Assembly (NCBI GenBank): GCA_902386385.1
Contig: CABMIU010000013.1
Coordinates: forward strand, 1,667-65,666
DNA from: an uncultured archaeon
GTDB lineage: Archaea; Iainarchaeota; Iainarchaeia; Iainarchaeales; Iainarchaeaceae
Length of the DNA stretch: 64,000 bases
Reading direction: 5' to 3'
In this document: positions 19,758-29,756 of the stretch, piece by piece
Numbering within the stretch: the stretch's first letter is position 1
Layout of the letters: the number at the start of each line of letters is the position of its first letter
Program-made: the position numbers and the translations under genes
Notes under the pieces: generated by a model
What the model was told of the DNA's origin: nothing
The model's database searches: none
Seen by the model: the letters and a program-made list of their open reading frames with translations, nothing else

Positions 19758-20693
19758 CTACTGGTTGCTCTTGTAAAATTCGATTGTTTTCATCAGGCCT
19801 TCCTCGAACCCGGTTTTGGAGACAAAGCCTATTTCAGCCTTGATGCGCTCACTGCTGATTTTCCTGCGCGGCTGGCCGTCAGGCTTTGAGGAATCCCAAA
19901 CTATTTCGCCCCTGAATCCGGTCAGGCGCCCAATCATCTCTGCGAGTGCCTTTATCGAAATCTCGGTGCTGCTGCCGATGTTCATTGGCTCTGCTTTTTC
20001 GTATTTCTCTGCAGCAAGCACTATCGCTTCCGCGGCGTCGGCAACGTAAAGGAATTCACGCGTGGCCTTTCCAGTGCCCCAAACAACAACCCTGCTTTCC
20101 CCTTTTTCCTTCGCATCAACGAACTTTTTTATGAGGGCGGGAATCACGTGGGATTTCTCCGGGTCAAAGCTGTCCCCGGGGCCGTAAAGGTTTGTAGGCA
20201 CAAGGAATATTGACTTGAAGCCATACTGCTGCCTGTATGCCTGGCCCTGCACGAGAAGCATTTTCTTGGCAAGGCCATAAGGCGCGTTTGTCTCTTCGGG
20301 GTAGCCGTTCCAGAGGTCTTCCTCCCTGAAAGGCACAGGGGTGAATTTCGGGTAGCAGCACACAGTGCCGAGCGCCACGAATTTTCCAACTTTTGCCTTG
20401 CGGCACTCTTCAATCAGCTGCACGCCCATGAGGAGGTTGTCGTAAAAAAACTCACCGGGCTTTTTCATATTCGCTCCGATGCCACCAACCTTTGCCGCGA
20501 GGTGGATTACAATGTCCTTGCCGCGCACCACCCTTGCACAGACAGCCTGCTCAGTGAAATCCGCTTCACCGTGCTTCGGGACAAAGAGGTTCTTTTTTTC
20601 AGCCCCCTTGCGAAGGAGCTCTTCAACAACGTATTTGCCGAGAAAGCCATGGCCGCCTGTCACGAGGATTTTCTTTCCTTTGAAGAACGACAT
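19758..20693 (-). CDS. fcl: GDP-L-fucose synthase (GDP-4-keto-6-deoxy-D-mannose 3,5-epimerase/4-reductase)
   Basis: The motifs [46 protein letters not shown] and [14 protein letters not shown] are present. The internal ATG ([13 protein letters not shown]) at 20693 is preferred as the start. Confidence 0.8.
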   Translation of the reverse strand: MSFFKGKKILVTGGHGFLGKYVVEELLRKGAEKKNLFVPKHGEADFTEQAVCARVVRGKDIVIHLAAKVGGIGANMKKPGEFFYDNLLMGVQLIEECRKAKVGKFVALGTVCCYPKFTPVPFREEDLWNGYPEETNAPYGLAKKMLLVQGQAYRQQYGFKSIFLVPTNLYGPGDSFDPEKSHVIPALIKKFVDAKEKGESRVVVWGTGKATREFLYVADAAEAIVLAAEKYEKAEPMNIGSSTEISIKALAEMIGRLTGFRGEIVWDSSKPDGQPRRKISSERIKAEIGFVSKTGFEEGLMKTIEFYKSNQ

Positions 20694-20859
20694 TTTCACA
20701 CCGGTTGCCAGAATTAGCTTTTGGGTAAAGTGGTTAATAATGTTTCTGGGACCAATGCCGGGGTCTTGGAGGATAGAAGGGCATCCGCGCTGGCAGCGCA
20801 AGCAAATTACAACATCTGTCAAACCAGCCAAAGCATCTTTTACAAACCGGTTTCACGAC

Positions 20860-21759
20860 TCATTCAGGCCTCAACAAACTCTTTGCCATGGCTTTGCAAT
20901 AAGCCCCACAATATTTAAGCTGAAAAAACAAATATTCAGCACTATTTTTATCGATTGCCCGTTCGCAAAAATTGCAGATGATATTTTTCCCACCTGAATC
21001 CAGATCATTTTTCACCCTTAAAAATTCCTCTGACCTGAACAATGAGCCATAATCCTGCTCAAACAAATTGCCTATTTTGTGCCTCAATCTATAATCCATG
21101 AAGCAAAAATAAACATCTCCGTTCGGGAGTAAAATATTCTGGTGCAGATGATTCCTGTTCTGAGTGCAAAACAAATTTTTATGCGGGGATTCTTTTACTT
21201 TGCCCAAATTGCCAGCCCTGCTTATGGTGTTCATTTTGTAAACTACCTGGCCTTTTACAAGTGGTTCTAGCTCGTGACGCATTTCATCATGATATACGAA
21301 ACAAAGCCGGTTAATTTTGTATTCAATGGTTTTTTTGAGCAAAGAAATGTATTTTTCATCCACAGGTATATTTTCGAGGCCTTTTGCAGAAGGCAGATGA
21401 ATTTTGAACTGCGAAAATTTTATGCCATGTATTTTTTCCAAATCTTCTTCTGACACCCCGACAAGTGTTGTAAAAAGGTCGATTTTGTGCCCTTTTTGGT
21501 CTGCATAGACAATCATTTTGCTGCATTCCTTATTGAGGAATGGCTCACAAAAACCGGAAAAACAGATCCCGACATCTGCAGGCACCGTGCTTATAGCCCT
21601 AACAAAATTTTCAAAACTCAGTTCTTTTTCTTTTCCCTTGTAAGCCTTTATAATTATGCTCTGTGGGCAGTAACTGCAGTTGTTCTTGCATCCAATTTTA
21701 GTGGTTATTTCAAGGAAGGGATACACCCCAAAGTACTTTTTATGTGACTGCAAACCCAT
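20860..21759 (-). CDS. Radical SAM domain protein on an AT-rich (~40% GC) segment
   Basis: CKNNCSYC is a CxxxCxxC motif near the N-terminus. The protein is Lys-rich with atypical composition. Confidence 0.6.
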   Translation of the reverse strand: MGLQSHKKYFGVYPFLEITTKIGCKNNCSYCPQSIIIKAYKGKEKELSFENFVRAISTVPADVGICFSGFCEPFLNKECSKMIVYADQKGHKIDLFTTLVGVSEEDLEKIHGIKFSQFKIHLPSAKGLENIPVDEKYISLLKKTIEYKINRLCFVYHDEMRHELEPLVKGQVVYKMNTISRAGNLGKVKESPHKNLFCTQNRNHLHQNILLPNGDVYFCFMDYRLRHKIGNLFEQDYGSLFRSEEFLRVKNDLDSGGKNIICNFCERAIDKNSAEYLFFQLKYCGAYCKAMAKSLLRPE

Positions 21760-22203
21760 AACCCCGCCTTCAAATTAAGAGTATTATTAGAAGAGCGCAA
21801 TAATGTTTTAAACGTGACACAGCCAATTTGGGCGGCAGGTTTTATAAATATAGCAGACCAAGCGAATATTTTGGATAAACTTTCAGGTATGCTATCTGTC
21901 AAACCACTTTGAACTCCCAAAAAACTTTCGCGGTTTGGCATAATGGGCTTAATAAATGCATAAAGCAATGGGCCTTCTCTTTGGAGAATGAATCAACCCC
22001 GAGGATAGTAATACAACTACCACTGAAAAAATTAAGCGCGGAAGCAAAAATAGCATCGGCAAAAAGTCTTGGTGCATTACTTGCAAAACCGGCTTGAAAA
22101 AGCCGTTAAAATCAGCGGCCTAAACAATACGGCAAGGCCTGACACTTTACAACCGAGTTGTTTAGCTCGGATTATAAGTGTTTTGTGCCACAAAAAATGG
22201 ATT

Positions 22204-23127
22204 ATGGAAATGGAAGAAATACCATGTAACCTGTGCGAATCGCGAGATGCAAGGCCATTCCTCAAGGCAATGGACTTTCTTATAAAGACAGAAAAGGAAT
22301 ATTCCCTTGTAAAGTGCAGGAAGTGCGGCCTCGTTTACCTCAGCCCGAGGCCACGCAATCTGATGCTACTATACGGCGCGGATTCTTACGCGCATTATTC
22401 AATTGCACCGCCCAATGAAAAAACCGGCATTGTAAAAGTTATTGTTTCGACAGTGAGACCCGCGTGGAAACTTTTCATCCGAATGGTTTTCGGAGAAGAC
22501 ATTTGGGAACTTGAAAGGCTTGAGAAAGGAAAGTTGCTTGACATAGGGTGCTCTTCGGGCACATATATTTACGGGATGAAAAGCAATGGGTGGGAAGTAA
22601 CAGGGATAGAGCCGAGCAAGTTTGCAGCCGAGAAAGCCAGGTATCTTGGCCTCAATGTAATAAACAGTACATTCGAAAAGGCGGAGATTGCTGGGCAGGG
22701 AAAATTTGATGTTATAACAATGAAACAGGTTATAGAGCATGTGCCATACCCTTCAAAGGCTCTCGGAAAAGTGCACAGGATTCTTAGAAAGGGCGGCATC
22801 CTTGTGGTCGATACCCCTGATATAGGCTCATGGGAATACATGCTGTTTGGGAAGAACTGGGGCTCGCTTGAAGTGCCGAGGCATGTCACTCTTTTTGACA
22901 AAAGCACCCTGCGGAGAATGCTGGAAAAAAACGGGTTCGAGGTAGTGGAAATCCGCAGCGAGATTTATCCTGCGGGATTCATTGGGGGACTGAATTTCAT
23001 GACCGGCGAAAACCTCCGCTTGATTTTCAATTCCAGAGTTTTCTTCTGGGTTGTTGCCCTGCCTTATTCAATCGCGGCAAGACTTTTCGGCTCAGGAAAG
23101 ATTGCCGCAACCGCAATCAAAAAATGA
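22204..23127 (+). CDS. Class I SAM-dependent methyltransferase with N-terminal zinc-ribbon
   Basis: CNLC...CRKCG precedes LLDIGCSSG and ...KGGILVVDTPD. The ATG at 22204 is preferred. Confidence 0.7.
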   Translation: MEMEEIPCNLCESRDARPFLKAMDFLIKTEKEYSLVKCRKCGLVYLSPRPRNLMLLYGADSYAHYSIAPPNEKTGIVKVIVSTVRPAWKLFIRMVFGEDIWELERLEKGKLLDIGCSSGTYIYGMKSNGWEVTGIEPSKFAAEKARYLGLNVINSTFEKAEIAGQGKFDVITMKQVIEHVPYPSKALGKVHRILRKGGILVVDTPDIGSWEYMLFGKNWGSLEVPRHVTLFDKSTLRRMLEKNGFEVVEIRSEIYPAGFIGGLNFMTGENLRLIFNSRVFFWVVALPYSIAARLFGSGKIAATAIKK

Positions 23128-23284
23128 GTGATTGGCTGAAGGCCATTAGTTCCGCAGCAAATAGGTTCGCAAGTCGTTGCTTTTGCATATTTGTGGCCAC
23201 CAGCAGAACCAAAAAAAATATTAAACAGGGAAAAGACCAGTATACTGCCATGACGGACAAATGCCGCCAAAAAAAGGTGCAGGA

Positions 23285-24433
23285 ATGAGGATTTGCATAT
23301 TGACACCGTACGCCGAGCCGGAGAAAGGCGCGTGCGTTATAAGGGTGGACAGCTTTGCTGAGCACTTCAAGGAAAAGGGCCACTTTGTGCAGGTTCTCGC
23401 GCCAAGGCGCGCTGCAGCCGGGAACGTCATGGGCATCAAAAGGTACAGTGGCTTGCTGGAAATGATGGAAATTATATACGGCGGAAAATTTGACGCAGTG
23501 CTCGGCACGAGTCCGCCGATGACGCACAATTTCTTCGCCCTTTTGGCTGCAAGGGCTTCAGGAGCGAAATTCATCATCGATGCAAAGGACCCTTTCACCT
23601 ACATGTATACGCACGGCGGGAAAACAATGGGGCCAAAAGCTTTCCTGTACTCGCTGCTGGAAAAAATCACCCTGGAAAACCCGGATTTTGTACTGACGCT
23701 CAACCCTTACAACATGAGGAAAATCCTTGAAAATTACATTGTCGCCGGCGAAAAGATAACGGTTGCAATGAATGGCACCGACACAAAAGCCGTGAAGAGG
23801 GATGCAAAGGCCGGGTTGGCAATCAGGAAAAGGCTTGGACTGGGGCAGGGCCAGAAGGTCCTGATTTATTCCGGCTGCCTCGGCGGAAAGGACCTGGGGG
23901 GTTTTGCGGAAGCGATTGGAAAAAGCGGGTTCGCGGAGAAGCATGACATTGCACTGATTTTCATGCTGACGTTTGACGGCACGGAGCACGCCGCGGCTGA
24001 ATTTGAAAGGTTCGGGGCGAAGCTCGTGGAAACCGGGCTAAAGGAAAGGTCGAGAATTGTAAGGAATGTGAGTTATGAGGAAGTCGGAAAGTATTTCTCC
24101 GCGGCTGATGTCGGCGTGAATTCGATGGAGGGTTATGACACTTACTGCTTCCCTGTCAAGGTAATGGATTACCTCGCAGCAGGCCTCCCTGTCGCATCGA
24201 AGAGTCCGGGTGGCAATGAGGACCTGAATTCCTTCATTGATTCGCACAAAGTAGGGTTCCACGCAAGCGACTGGGCGGGATTCGCTGAAAAGCTCCGGCA
24301 GTTGCTTGAAAACCCTTCGCTGATGAAGCGTTTTTCAGCGAATGCGACAAAGGCGGCGAATGAGCTTTCAAGGGAAAAAACGAGTGAAAAAGTCCTCAGG
24401 ATTATTTTGGAAATTTGCGGCAATAAAAATTGA
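23285..24433 (+). CDS. Glycosyltransferase (GT-B, GT4-like)
   Basis: It has the two-Rossmann-domain architecture with C-terminal Glycos_transf_1-like motifs (...FPVKVMDYLAAGLPVAS). Confidence 0.65.
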   Translation: MRICILTPYAEPEKGACVIRVDSFAEHFKEKGHFVQVLAPRRAAAGNVMGIKRYSGLLEMMEIIYGGKFDAVLGTSPPMTHNFFALLAARASGAKFIIDAKDPFTYMYTHGGKTMGPKAFLYSLLEKITLENPDFVLTLNPYNMRKILENYIVAGEKITVAMNGTDTKAVKRDAKAGLAIRKRLGLGQGQKVLIYSGCLGGKDLGGFAEAIGKSGFAEKHDIALIFMLTFDGTEHAAAEFERFGAKLVETGLKERSRIVRNVSYEEVGKYFSAADVGVNSMEGYDTYCFPVKVMDYLAAGLPVASKSPGGNEDLNSFIDSHKVGFHASDWAGFAEKLRQLLENPSLMKRFSANATKAANELSREKTSEKVLRIILEICGNKN

Positions 24434-24514
24434 TTTTTATTTTTGAGATTAGCCTAATAATTGCCAGAGCCAAGCAGGATATTTTGCCATAACCGTGTTT
24501 TGCAAGGGGCATTC

Positions 24515-26581
24515 TTATTTTATCCGGAATATTTTCACGCCGCTGTCAGACGGGTCGTCATAAATCTTCTCATAAAATTCCGGCTCCTTTTCATAATAAA
24601 TGTCTTCGAGGTACCCCAGGTATGTTGAATAAGGAGTCTCTGCAGCGTCCGCGGCATCAATAAAAATATCCCCGGTTTTCTCCTTTCCTCCTATGTCATT
24701 CCGAAGCACCACGATATGAGTCACCCCGTGGCCCTTGTACCATGCCCTCGCAGAAGTTGAATCAGGAAAGCCTGACCGCGGGATTACGCTAACGTTCGCA
24801 TCCGGGGAATATGCCCTTGCCTGCGCCCTTTTCCACGCAAGGCCCATTGACGAATCGGAAAAATGCGCCATGATATTATACCAATCAGGGGCCGCTATCT
24901 TGCCTTTTATGTTTGCCGCTGCCCAATCGGTCCATGGCGGAAGCGACTTGCCTGTTTCCCTGAGGTAATGGTTGTCCGCGTATGCAAAGCCGAATGAAAT
25001 CGAGACGCACAATGCCATCAGGGCAAAGGCTAAAAAAGAGCGGTGCCTTTTTTCAAGCCTGAAAGAGGCAAAAGCCATTCCCGAGAAGAGGAGCGCGAAT
25101 GGCGCGGAAAGGAATGCAAGGTAAGCACGATTTATTGCAAAGAAAAATATGACTGAAAAAATTGAAATTGCAGACAGTGACAGGAACATTCCTTTTTCCG
25201 AAAAAAGCCATTGCAGGGCTTTGCCAAAAAAACCATCGCCCGCCCAAGCCAGGGTTTTTTCCAAAGTAACTGAAGGTGTTTGGCCGGAAAGCCTTTCTGA
25301 TTCCGTTGACGAGCCTTGCCCTGCAATCAGCGGAATTGCGGCGGAAATGAATATTATGAAGGAAGGCACCAGCGGAACCATGTACCTTGTTCCGCCATTG
25401 GCGATTGAATACACAGCGGACAAGGTCAGCAGGACAATTGCAATGTTAAGGGAGAATGGCAGGAACCTCCTTTCAAGACCCCTTGCTGCAACGCCATAAA
25501 GGAAAAACAGGCTTGCCAGGGCAATGACCTGCATCTGGCGGAAAGAGTTTGAAATGCCCCTGAACAGCCCATCCATGATGTACCGACTGAAAAGGTCGCC
25601 TGCCGAATGAGTCGCGATGAATTCCGAAAATGAAACATTCGGGAAAGCATAGTCAAAGAACTGCCATTTTTCCGCAAAAATATTGTCAACCAAGGTGAAC
25701 GAAAAAGGCGAGCCGTATTCGGCATACCTCTGCAACATGAAAGGTGCACACACAATGAAAAAAACCGCGATTATTCCAACAAAGTATTTTGCAATATCCG
25801 CTTTCGGCATTTTATTGGATGAAATCAGGAAAAAAACAAGCACAAGCAGCAAGGTTGCAAAGCCGTTCTGCCTGACAAGGTAAGTCAGTGCAGCGAAAGC
25901 CGATGCAGCCAGGATATACCTCGAATCTTCAAGCGATTTCACCATGAAATAAAGCGAAAACAGGAGGAACAGCAGGAACAAAGGCTCTGCGGAAGGGGCG
26001 CCTGCCCACTTGACGAGCAGCGGGAATGACACAAACATGAAAAGGGCGATAACCCTCGCCTTCCCGCCGAGAACAGACCTCACAATCAGGAAAAACGGGG
26101 CTATCGACAATGCCGATACCAGGATTGTGGCAAGCTTCGCAACGAAAAGGTTGTGAAGAAGGTCGCCGGAGCCGAACAGCCAGAGAAAAGGAGCCAGGAA
26201 AAGCGGCCAGCCGAGGGGATGGAAATCAAGCGGGGAAAAATCCCCCCTCACGATTTCAAGCGCTTTCATGACATATTCGGCGCCATCATCCCTAACTGTA
26301 TCAAACGGCGCCAGCAGCAGCCTTGCAGACAAAGCGAGCAGAAAAAACGCGAAAACAGCGAGAAGCGGCTTCTCTTCAATCAGCTCTTCGAAAAAGCAGA
26401 AAAACCTTTCAGCAGCCAAATCGGCCTGTTCCATAAACATTCGGGCAGAGCCAAATCCATGGCCGGCTGGCGCGGCAGGATTAATCCCTTTTCCCTGCAG
26501 GCGACGTGCCTTAGGCGGCCACATGCCTTGATATTCCCTGCAAGAATTTAAATCAATTCTGGTGGCCACGCGGAATGGCAA
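24515..26581 (-). CDS. Polytopic GT-C-fold glycosyltransferase (PMT_2/ArnT-like) with C-terminal soluble domain
   Basis: There are more than 10 TM helices and an RDDGAEY first-loop motif. No WWDYG motif is present, so it is not AglB/STT3. Confidence 0.55.
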   Translation of the reverse strand: MPFRVATRIDLNSCREYQGMWPPKARRLQGKGINPAAPAGHGFGSARMFMEQADLAAERFFCFFEELIEEKPLLAVFAFFLLALSARLLLAPFDTVRDDGAEYVMKALEIVRGDFSPLDFHPLGWPLFLAPFLWLFGSGDLLHNLFVAKLATILVSALSIAPFFLIVRSVLGGKARVIALFMFVSFPLLVKWAGAPSAEPLFLLFLLFSLYFMVKSLEDSRYILAASAFAALTYLVRQNGFATLLLVLVFFLISSNKMPKADIAKYFVGIIAVFFIVCAPFMLQRYAEYGSPFSFTLVDNIFAEKWQFFDYAFPNVSFSEFIATHSAGDLFSRYIMDGLFRGISNSFRQMQVIALASLFFLYGVAARGLERRFLPFSLNIAIVLLTLSAVYSIANGGTRYMVPLVPSFIIFISAAIPLIAGQGSSTESERLSGQTPSVTLEKTLAWAGDGFFGKALQWLFSEKGMFLSLSAISIFSVIFFFAINRAYLAFLSAPFALLFSGMAFASFRLEKRHRSFLAFALMALCVSISFGFAYADNHYLRETGKSLPPWTDWAAANIKGKIAAPDWYNIMAHFSDSSMGLAWKRAQARAYSPDANVSVIPRSGFPDSTSARAWYKGHGVTHIVVLRNDIGGKEKTGDIFIDAADAAETPYSTYLGYLEDIYYEKEPEFYEKIYDDPSDSGVKIFRIK

Positions 26582-26649
26582 TCGGCTGCATGAGGAAGCC
26601 GATGAATTTTAAGCAACCGGCGAACAATGGCAGGAAGCCTGAAACCCAA

Positions 26650-26668
26650 CACATCTTTTTAAATTAAT
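26650..26668 (+). promoter_or_regulatory. Putative TATA box (TTTTTAAATTA) about 28 nt upstream of the ATG at 26688 (leaderless-type)
   Basis: An A/T-rich octamer lies at the canonical distance from the ATG. Confidence 0.3.
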
Positions 26669-26687
26669 AAACAGAAAAGTTGGTTAC

Positions 26688-27983
26688 ATGAAAGTGAGCA
26701 TTCTTGACGTGCCGTCAGATGGCGACAAATTGGCCTACAAGGACTGGGCCGGCGGGTTCGGCACGAAATTCATCGTGGGCGATTCGCTCCAGGCAAAATT
26801 CCTGGAATTCTGCAAAAAAAACGGGGCGGTCCTGCCGCAGCCGGTGCTTGGCTATGCCGTCGCGATATTCAGGAAAAAAGGGCACACTGTCAGCGTTGAC
26901 TCTGAAATCTGCAGCGATGCAGACCTGATACTGATGCCGGTATCGACCGTGTGCCACAGGGAGGAAATGGAAGCCGCTGAAAAAATAAAGAAAGAAACTA
27001 AGGCAAAATTGGGCATGTTCGGCACCTTTGCAACGGCAAGGCCGGACATATTTTCAGGGAAGGCGGATTTTGTGGTCAAGGGAGAGCCTGAAGATATCTT
27101 CCTCAGGCTTTCGGACGGCGAGGAGTTCAAAGGGGTTGTTGAAAGCAGGCCTGTTGACCTTGATTCATTGCCTTTCCCGGACTGGGACTCATTCGATGTT
27201 AAAAAGTTCTCTTACTTCCCTTCCCTGAAAAACAGGCCGGTCCTTCCAATCCTCGGCTCAAGGGGCTGTGTTTACAAGTGCAATTACTGCCCCTATCTCG
27301 TGGGCTACAAGTGGCGTTTCAGGTCAGCGAAAAATATTGTTGATGAGATTGAATACCTTATTGAAAGGTATAAAGTAAAGGGGCTCATTTTCAGGGACCC
27401 GCTCTTCACCTCGAACCTGAAAACCGTGCACGAAATTGCGGATGAGATAAAGAAAAGGGGAATAAAAATCGACTGGGCCTGCGAAACACGGCTTGACCAC
27501 CTCAATGAGCAATTGATTGACATATTATACGGGTCCGGGCTGCGCTCAATAAACGTTGGAATCGAATCAGTGAACCATGAAATCCTGAAAAACTCAAAGA
27601 GGATTGCAATTCCCTTTGGTCACCAGGAAAAAATAATTAGGTATTGCGACAAAAAAGGGATACACATAACCGGGTTTTATGTCATAGGCCTGCCGGACGA
27701 CACAAGGGAGAACATACTGTCGACGATAGAATACGCGAAAAAGCTGAACACGCACGTCGCATCATTCACCATAATAACACCTTACCCCGGAACGGAGCAC
27801 TACGAGCTGACAAAGGAAAGGATTTACGACGCTGACTGGAACAATTACAATGGCTTCACTCCCGTGTGGAAACATGACAACCTCAGCGCGAAGGAACTGC
27901 TGGAACTGAAAGAGAGGGCTTTTTTGAGCTATTATTTCAGGCCGGAATACACGCTGAGCTTTATCAGAAGGCTGCTGCAATGA
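26688..27983 (+). CDS. B12-binding-domain radical SAM enzyme (class B)
   Basis: An N-terminal cobalamin-binding-like Rossmann region precedes CVYKCNYC, a CxxxCxxC motif. Confidence 0.8.
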   Translation: MKVSILDVPSDGDKLAYKDWAGGFGTKFIVGDSLQAKFLEFCKKNGAVLPQPVLGYAVAIFRKKGHTVSVDSEICSDADLILMPVSTVCHREEMEAAEKIKKETKAKLGMFGTFATARPDIFSGKADFVVKGEPEDIFLRLSDGEEFKGVVESRPVDLDSLPFPDWDSFDVKKFSYFPSLKNRPVLPILGSRGCVYKCNYCPYLVGYKWRFRSAKNIVDEIEYLIERYKVKGLIFRDPLFTSNLKTVHEIADEIKKRGIKIDWACETRLDHLNEQLIDILYGSGLRSINVGIESVNHEILKNSKRIAIPFGHQEKIIRYCDKKGIHITGFYVIGLPDDTRENILSTIEYAKKLNTHVASFTIITPYPGTEHYELTKERIYDADWNNYNGFTPVWKHDNLSAKELLELKERAFLSYYFRPEYTLSFIRRLLQ

Positions 27984-28852
27984 TTCTCGTTACAGGGGCG
28001 ACAGGGTTCATAGGAAGGAACCTTGTCCCGATGCTGCTCGCAAAAAAAGAAAAGATAAGGGTTGTTACCCGCAACATGGCCGGGCTTCAGATGATTCCCG
28101 GAATTGCAGAAACCCTCGAAGGCGACCTTCGGGACGAGAATTTTTCTGACATGGCAGTGAAGGGATGCAGCGCGGTTATACACCTGGCGGCAGCGATAAA
28201 ATCCAAGAGCCCGGAAGAGGGCTTTGAAGCCAACGTGAAAATAACCGGAAACCTCGTGAATTCAGCGAAAAAATATGGGACAAAAAAAATCGTTTTCCTG
28301 AGCAGCGACGCGGTAATGCAGAAACACAGGGATACATACGGGATAACAAAGGAAGCCGCGGAGGGAATCGTAAGGAAATTCAGGAACCACGTCATCTTAA
28401 GGGCGACGATAGTATACGGCAAAGGGGACAGCAAAAATCTCAGGGCCATTTCAGGGCACATCAAAAAATGGCCGATTGTTGTAATGCCATGCAGCGGGAA
28501 AGGCAAGATACAGCCAATCTCCGTGGAAGACCTGTCGGCGTACATTATTGCTTCTCTGGGGCCGGGGGTTTCCGGCACCTACATTGCGGCGGGAGGCGAC
28601 AAGATGACAATCCGCGAAGTGGTTGAAAAACTGATGACTGCAATGGGGCAGAAAAAGCCGGTAGTTTTCCTGCCATCCGCGGTTTTTGCAGCGGCAGGCA
28701 GGGTAATTTCGGTTTTTTTGCCAGGTGCGATATCCAGCGCGCAGATATTTAACCTCGAAGAAGACAGGACATATAACACAGGGGAAACAGTGAAAAAATT
28801 GAAGCACATGCCTGAAAAGTTTGACAAGCGCATTTACTCAATCATTGAATAG
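27980..28852 (+). CDS. NAD(P)-dependent sugar epimerase/reductase (SDR)
   Basis: It has MILVTGATGFIGRNL. The start overlaps the upstream stop (ATGA). Confidence 0.7.
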   Translation: MILVTGATGFIGRNLVPMLLAKKEKIRVVTRNMAGLQMIPGIAETLEGDLRDENFSDMAVKGCSAVIHLAAAIKSKSPEEGFEANVKITGNLVNSAKKYGTKKIVFLSSDAVMQKHRDTYGITKEAAEGIVRKFRNHVILRATIVYGKGDSKNLRAISGHIKKWPIVVMPCSGKGKIQPISVEDLSAYIIASLGPGVSGTYIAAGGDKMTIREVVEKLMTAMGQKKPVVFLPSAVFAAAGRVISVFLPGAISSAQIFNLEEDRTYNTGETVKKLKHMPEKFDKRIYSIIE

Positions 28853-28938
28853 CCAGCATGAAAGTCAATTTGCCCAGTCGTTGAATTGCCATCAGCCTGC
28901 AATGGCAGCCCAATAAGCGACAGGCAAAGCCAAGCCTC

Positions 28939-28950
28939 ACATATAAAAGG
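28939..28950 (+). promoter_or_regulatory. Putative TATA box (ATATAAAAGG) about 29 nt upstream of the ATG at 28970
   Basis: The sequence pattern and spacing fit an archaeal TATA box. Confidence 0.3.
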
Positions 28951-28969
28951 GTTATTACAATAAGTTGGA

Positions 28970-29710
28970 ATGATGAAACCGCCGGAAAAAATTTCAGTCA
29001 TAATGCCTGTGCATAATGAGAAAGGCAAGGTAGCTGAATCCGTTGGCCGGGTTTCCGCGTTCATGGAAAAATTCAGCCCTGATTTTGAAATAATAATCGT
29101 GGATGACGGAAGCGGACCAGAAACAAGGGGAGTGCTTGAAAAGCTTGCCAAAAAAAACAGCAGGCTGAAGGTACTTTATAACGAAAAAAACTTTGGCAAG
29201 GGCTACAGCGTCAAAAGGGGGGCCCTTGCTTCAAACGGGAAGTATGTCCTTTTTACCGATGCAGACCTGTCCGCGCCAATAAGCCAGGTGAAAAAACTGA
29301 TGCAATATTCCGATGGCGGATTTGATGTTGTCATCGGCTCGAGACTGATGCCTGATTCAAAAATAACAGTAAGCCAGTCATTTCACAGGGGGATTTTTGG
29401 TTACCTGTTCAGGATACTAACTAATTTGCTCATCATAAACGGGCTGAGCGACACGCAGTGCGGGTTCAAGCTTTTCAAAAATGGCACGGTGAAAAAGATT
29501 TTCGCGAAGCAGACCCTGGATGGATTCGCATTTGACGTGGAATTGCTCCTCATAGCGAAATCCAACGGCATGAAAATAAAGGAAGTAGGGGTTGAATGGG
29601 GGGATTACAGGAAAAGCCAACTGAACATATTCAACGCGCCAATCAGCATGTTTGCTGACCTGATAAGGATAAAGCGCAACTCGATTCGCGGGATATACCG
29701 GATTGATTAG
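28970..29710 (+). CDS. GT2 polyprenyl-phosphate sugar synthase (DPM1/dolichyl-phosphate glycosyltransferase-like)
   Basis: The motifs ISVIMPVHNE, FEIIIVDDGSGPETRG and FTDADLS are present. Confidence 0.8.
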   Translation: MMKPPEKISVIMPVHNEKGKVAESVGRVSAFMEKFSPDFEIIIVDDGSGPETRGVLEKLAKKNSRLKVLYNEKNFGKGYSVKRGALASNGKYVLFTDADLSAPISQVKKLMQYSDGGFDVVIGSRLMPDSKITVSQSFHRGIFGYLFRILTNLLIINGLSDTQCGFKLFKNGTVKKIFAKQTLDGFAFDVELLLIAKSNGMKIKEVGVEWGDYRKSQLNIFNAPISMFADLIRIKRNSIRGIYRID

Positions 29711-29756
29711 GTCAAAATAAATAATCCGGCCAAGGGCATTGATTCCATGGGAAGCC

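Noticed and set aside
20814-21906. Treating the 13-bp direct repeat alone as proof of mobile-element insertion
   Set aside because: About one 13-mer direct repeat within 1.2 kb is expected by chance in a 64-kb window. It is reported as a finding only because it coincides with the GC dip and single-gene cassette.
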